Origin: an uncultured Acidobacteriota bacterium
GTDB lineage: Bacteria; Acidobacteriota; UBA6911
DNA: 64,000 nucleotides
Assembly (NCBI GenBank): GCA_963809485.1
Contig: CAWEJX010000020.1
Span: forward strand, 448,001 to 512,000
Direction: 5' to 3'
The translations under genes were made by a program, and so were the position numbers. The notes below the pieces were generated by a model. The model ran no database searches. It was not told where the DNA came from and was given only the letters and a program-made list of their open reading frames with translations. Positions 61,126 through 64,000 of the stretch are shown in pieces (the first letter of the stretch is position 1; every line of letters starts with the position of its first letter).

Positions 61126-61514
61126 TAGGCGTATTTCCTTTTGCGGATGATTTCCCTGACGATCGCGGAGGTTCGATCATCATCAAAGGGATTCCTTCCT
61201 GGTAGCGCGGTGTGATCTGATTCCGCTGCTTTCTGATGGCAGCTTTTGCACGTGCATTGAACCCAAATCGGCCCGCTCAGATCTTCGCCGAGCAGGCGTC
61301 CGAGTCCTTCGGCGATGCAGTCAAACTCTGGCCGGAGAAACTCGTAAACCTTCGGCGAGAGGCGGTTGCTGTTCCCCATTAGGGCGCCCAGCTGACGCAG
61401 CTTCCGGAAAGTAAACGCCGGCACCCTGATTTCTTTTCCTTCCGGAGTGACCAAAGGGTGTCCCCATTCTGGGACTACAGGGGAAAGCTGAGGAAATGCA
61501 GCGGCTGAGGTCAC
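61125..61514 (-). CDS. Hypothetical protein, possibly phage-derived
   Basis: 129-aa ORF whose stop codon overlaps the HNH start, contains CxCxxC. Confidence 0.4.
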   Translation of the reverse strand: MTSAAAFPQLSPVVPEWGHPLVTPEGKEIRVPAFTFRKLRQLGALMGNSNRLSPKVYEFLRPEFDCIAEGLGRLLGEDLSGPIWVQCTCKSCHQKAAESDHTALPGRNPFDDDRTSAIVREIIRKRKYA

Positions 61515-61862
61515 TGGTTAAGCTATTCCAGGCAGCATGATACGAGTTATGCTCATCCTGAGTATATTGCTTTCCTGGAGCGCTGTAAAGGCTTTTGTGT
61601 CACAGTTCTCTCCGATCGACCCTGATTATAAATTGACAGTCGCCTCTCTTGATCGATGGACCAGCATAGCATTATAGTAGAGCCTGCGATTTAGACGGTG
61701 GAATGCGTCGCAGAAATTCCAGAATTCGATCGTATGTGCTTCACGCACGTAACCGGCTCTCGCAGCCATCCCGGTCTGAAGCCGGTGCTTTCAATTCTCA
61801 GGCCGCAATCCATGTCATTGCCGGTGCATGAATTGCAGATATTGAGACAGCGAGGATATCAT

Positions 61863-63503
61863 ATGAAAACAAGGAGAGGTGTGAGAGAACATCCGGGCGC
61901 AGGCGCCTGGATACTGGTGGTGGTGTTGATGGCGGTGGCGGCCGGCGCCTGCGCGATGCGATCAGAGGAACTTAAGGCTCTCGATCCGCGCGGATTCTGG
62001 CCGGCCGTCGAGCGGATTCCTTTGACCCCACGGCTGCCCAGCGTAAAGGATCAGCGATTCTATATCGTTATGTCCTGGCCGACCAACTCGGGCTTTGATA
62101 CTGTGGTCAAGGATCTGGAGGGCCTCCTCAAGCAGCGCGGCGCCAAAGAGGTCACCATCAAGCGCCGGAATGTGAGCTATTCAGAAGACGATCCTCCATT
62201 GTGGGCTGAGATGAAGGAGAAATGCGACGCATTCCTTTATGTGGCGGCGCCCTCTTCATCGACCACGTCGTATGCCTTCAAATGGAGCGCGAAACTCGAA
62301 AAAATGGGCCTTCCCGGCGCCGTGGTGAATTTCGACGAACTCAACAGCGTCGGGGACACCACGAATGTGCGCGAAGGCGCGTTGGTGCGCCGTTCGGCTT
62401 TCGGCTACCCGGCTGAAACCATGGCAAAACCGGCCTATGACGCAGCTGTAAACCTTGCCGTCGAAAATCTAACCAAGCCTTTGACGGCCGACGAAAAAGC
62501 CACCGGAATCACCCAGCCCAAGCCGAGGCCGGACGTGTTCGCAACCGGCAATTTCGACAGCATTCAAAAGGCCTTCTACGAGGCTAAAATGACGGACGGC
62601 TTGCCGATCGTGCCGCCGACCGCCGAACGTGTGGCCGCAATGCTTAAAGGCACAAGCCATCCAGCCGACGAAGTTGTGGCCGAGGCATTGATGCCCGAAG
62701 GGCTGAAGGTCACCGTGCGCCAGGTGGCGATCAATGCAGTGATGGCCGGCTGCCTGCCCGAGCATATGCCGGTTTTGCTGGCCACTATCGAGGCGTATCA
62801 GAAACACAATCTGAACTCGATTCTGCGCTCAACCAATCCGTTTTCCTTCATGCAGGTGGTGAACGGGCCGATCGCTCAACAAATCAAGATGAATTCGGGC
62901 ACCGGCGCAATAAGCCCCGGCAATCGAGCCAATGCCTCAATGGGGCGAGCTTTGCGCCTGTTCATCATCAATCTCGGAGGCGGCGAGCCCGGCGTAAACT
63001 TGATGGCGGTAATCGGAAATGTGTCCAGCTATTCCTTCATGTTTGCCGAGAACGAAGCAGAAAGCTCCTGGGAGCCCTTGAGTGTCAGCCAGGGTTTTAA
63101 GAAAGGGGAAAGCACGCTGACTTTCTTCACCGGCGGCTGGGCCCATTCGGGCAACTACAGTTTTGGCTATGCCAGCGAAACAGGGCTGGATGAAGTGGCG
63201 CAGGATATCGCGCGTTACCAGATGAGCGTCGGCGCCACGATCATCGTCTCTCCCAAGTACGCTGAGGAATTTCAGCGCAAAGGCATAAGCAAGGCCGCCG
63301 TTGAGACTTATCTGCAAACCCACGCGACAAGGGCTGCCGGCAGAACCAGGCCGGCACAGGGCGGCCAGGCCGCGGCGAAGCCGGTTCAGGCGTTCCGCGA
63401 AGGCACAGTCAAATTAGTCGTCGCCGGCGGGCATGCCAGTTCGATGATGCAGGCATGGAGCATGTATCGGCCGCAAACTGTATCGATCGACAAATGGCGC
63501 TAG
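61863..63503 (+). CDS. Exported (possible lipoprotein) UGSC-family-like protein, Ser/Thr variant
   Basis: Hydrophobic signal with AGAC, APSSSTTSYAF, TDGLPIVPPT, AINAVMAGC, ANASMGRALRL, ends SIDKWR. Close paralog of 20168-21844. Confidence 0.82.
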   Translation: MKTRRGVREHPGAGAWILVVVLMAVAAGACAMRSEELKALDPRGFWPAVERIPLTPRLPSVKDQRFYIVMSWPTNSGFDTVVKDLEGLLKQRGAKEVTIKRRNVSYSEDDPPLWAEMKEKCDAFLYVAAPSSSTTSYAFKWSAKLEKMGLPGAVVNFDELNSVGDTTNVREGALVRRSAFGYPAETMAKPAYDAAVNLAVENLTKPLTADEKATGITQPKPRPDVFATGNFDSIQKAFYEAKMTDGLPIVPPTAERVAAMLKGTSHPADEVVAEALMPEGLKVTVRQVAINAVMAGCLPEHMPVLLATIEAYQKHNLNSILRSTNPFSFMQVVNGPIAQQIKMNSGTGAISPGNRANASMGRALRLFIINLGGGEPGVNLMAVIGNVSSYSFMFAENEAESSWEPLSVSQGFKKGESTLTFFTGGWAHSGNYSFGYASETGLDEVAQDIARYQMSVGATIIVSPKYAEEFQRKGISKAAVETYLQTHATRAAGRTRPAQGGQAAAKPVQAFREGTVKLVVAGGHASSMMQAWSMYRPQTVSIDKWR

Positions 63504-63760
63504 CGCACATCTCATGGGATCTCCGGCCGACGATTGCTTGAGCAGAAGGCCGGAACCGCAACGCAGCCGCGGTTTTGCCCTATAGGGGCTGTTACGGAGT
63601 GCATTGATACAGGGGTATGGTTGCGGATTACTACAGGGTCAGCGTCTATAGAGTTCCCATCATTTCGCAAAAATCACAACACAAGTCTTGTCGGATTTTG
63701 AGCCGTCCATTCCGTTCCCGTTTGATGCTATATAGGGGGAACGGACGGCTCGCCGTGCAG

Positions 63761-64000
63761 TTATCCGATTTTTTGCTTCTGCGTCGACTGATCCGGGACC
63801 GCGGCATAACCATGGGCTAACCTCTGGACCTTGCCTTCAGAACACAGTTGTCTTAAGGCTTCAACGACACGTTGATTGCGCACTTGCAGTTTTGCCCGAA
63901 GAGCCTCAACCGTGCAGGGCTCCGTAGCATTGTTGAGCAGCAGCATGATGCGGGAAATCAGTGGATCCGCTGCCGCAGCGGCTTCAGGATCAACTGGCGG
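63761..64000 (-). CDS. C-terminal winged-helix-like end of a gene running off the window (possibly mobile-element associated)
   Basis: Frame is open from the window edge: ...RIMLLLNNA..TVEALRAKLQVRNQRVVEALRQL...GY. Confidence 0.45.
   Translation of the reverse strand, partial: PPVDPEAAAAADPLISRIMLLLNNATEPCTVEALRAKLQVRNQRVVEALRQLCSEGKVQRLAHGYAAVPDQSTQKQKIG

Noticed and set aside
60317-61186. Druantia anti-phage system
   Set aside because: Only a truncated DUF4338 domain among IS debris, with no DruE-type helicase or other dru genes in the window.

Overview
64 kb of accessory chromosome, probably from an Acidobacteriota-like bacterium (inferred from the Oar-type TonB-dependent receptor and the many Tat-signal enzymes). 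Intact genes are mostly exported catabolic or redox proteins. They include a YeeE/YedE-rhodanese sulfur module, a Tat-signal Gfo/Idh/MocA oxidoreductase, TIM-barrel isomerase and aldo-keto reductase beside garR, about six secreted hydrolases, and a co-oriented block (TBDR, beta-helix lipoprotein, Tat flavoprotein, PaoABC-like Mo enzyme, UGSC-family protein). The main hidden signal is an in-frame TGA at 58247-58249 in a U-S-T-C motif, followed by a SECIS-like hairpin. It joins two ORF-track calls into one exported ~575-aa UGSC-family selenoprotein. Two paralogs in the same window carry S-S-S-T at the same position. Between the intact genes lies a dense mosaic of gene remnants, dead IS elements, three non-autonomous IS200-end elements, an attC-like site and two tRNA 3'-half (att-like) scars. 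Several frameshifts may be sequencing errors. No rRNA, full-length tRNA or CRISPR array was seen. All family calls come from motif recognition, not database searches.
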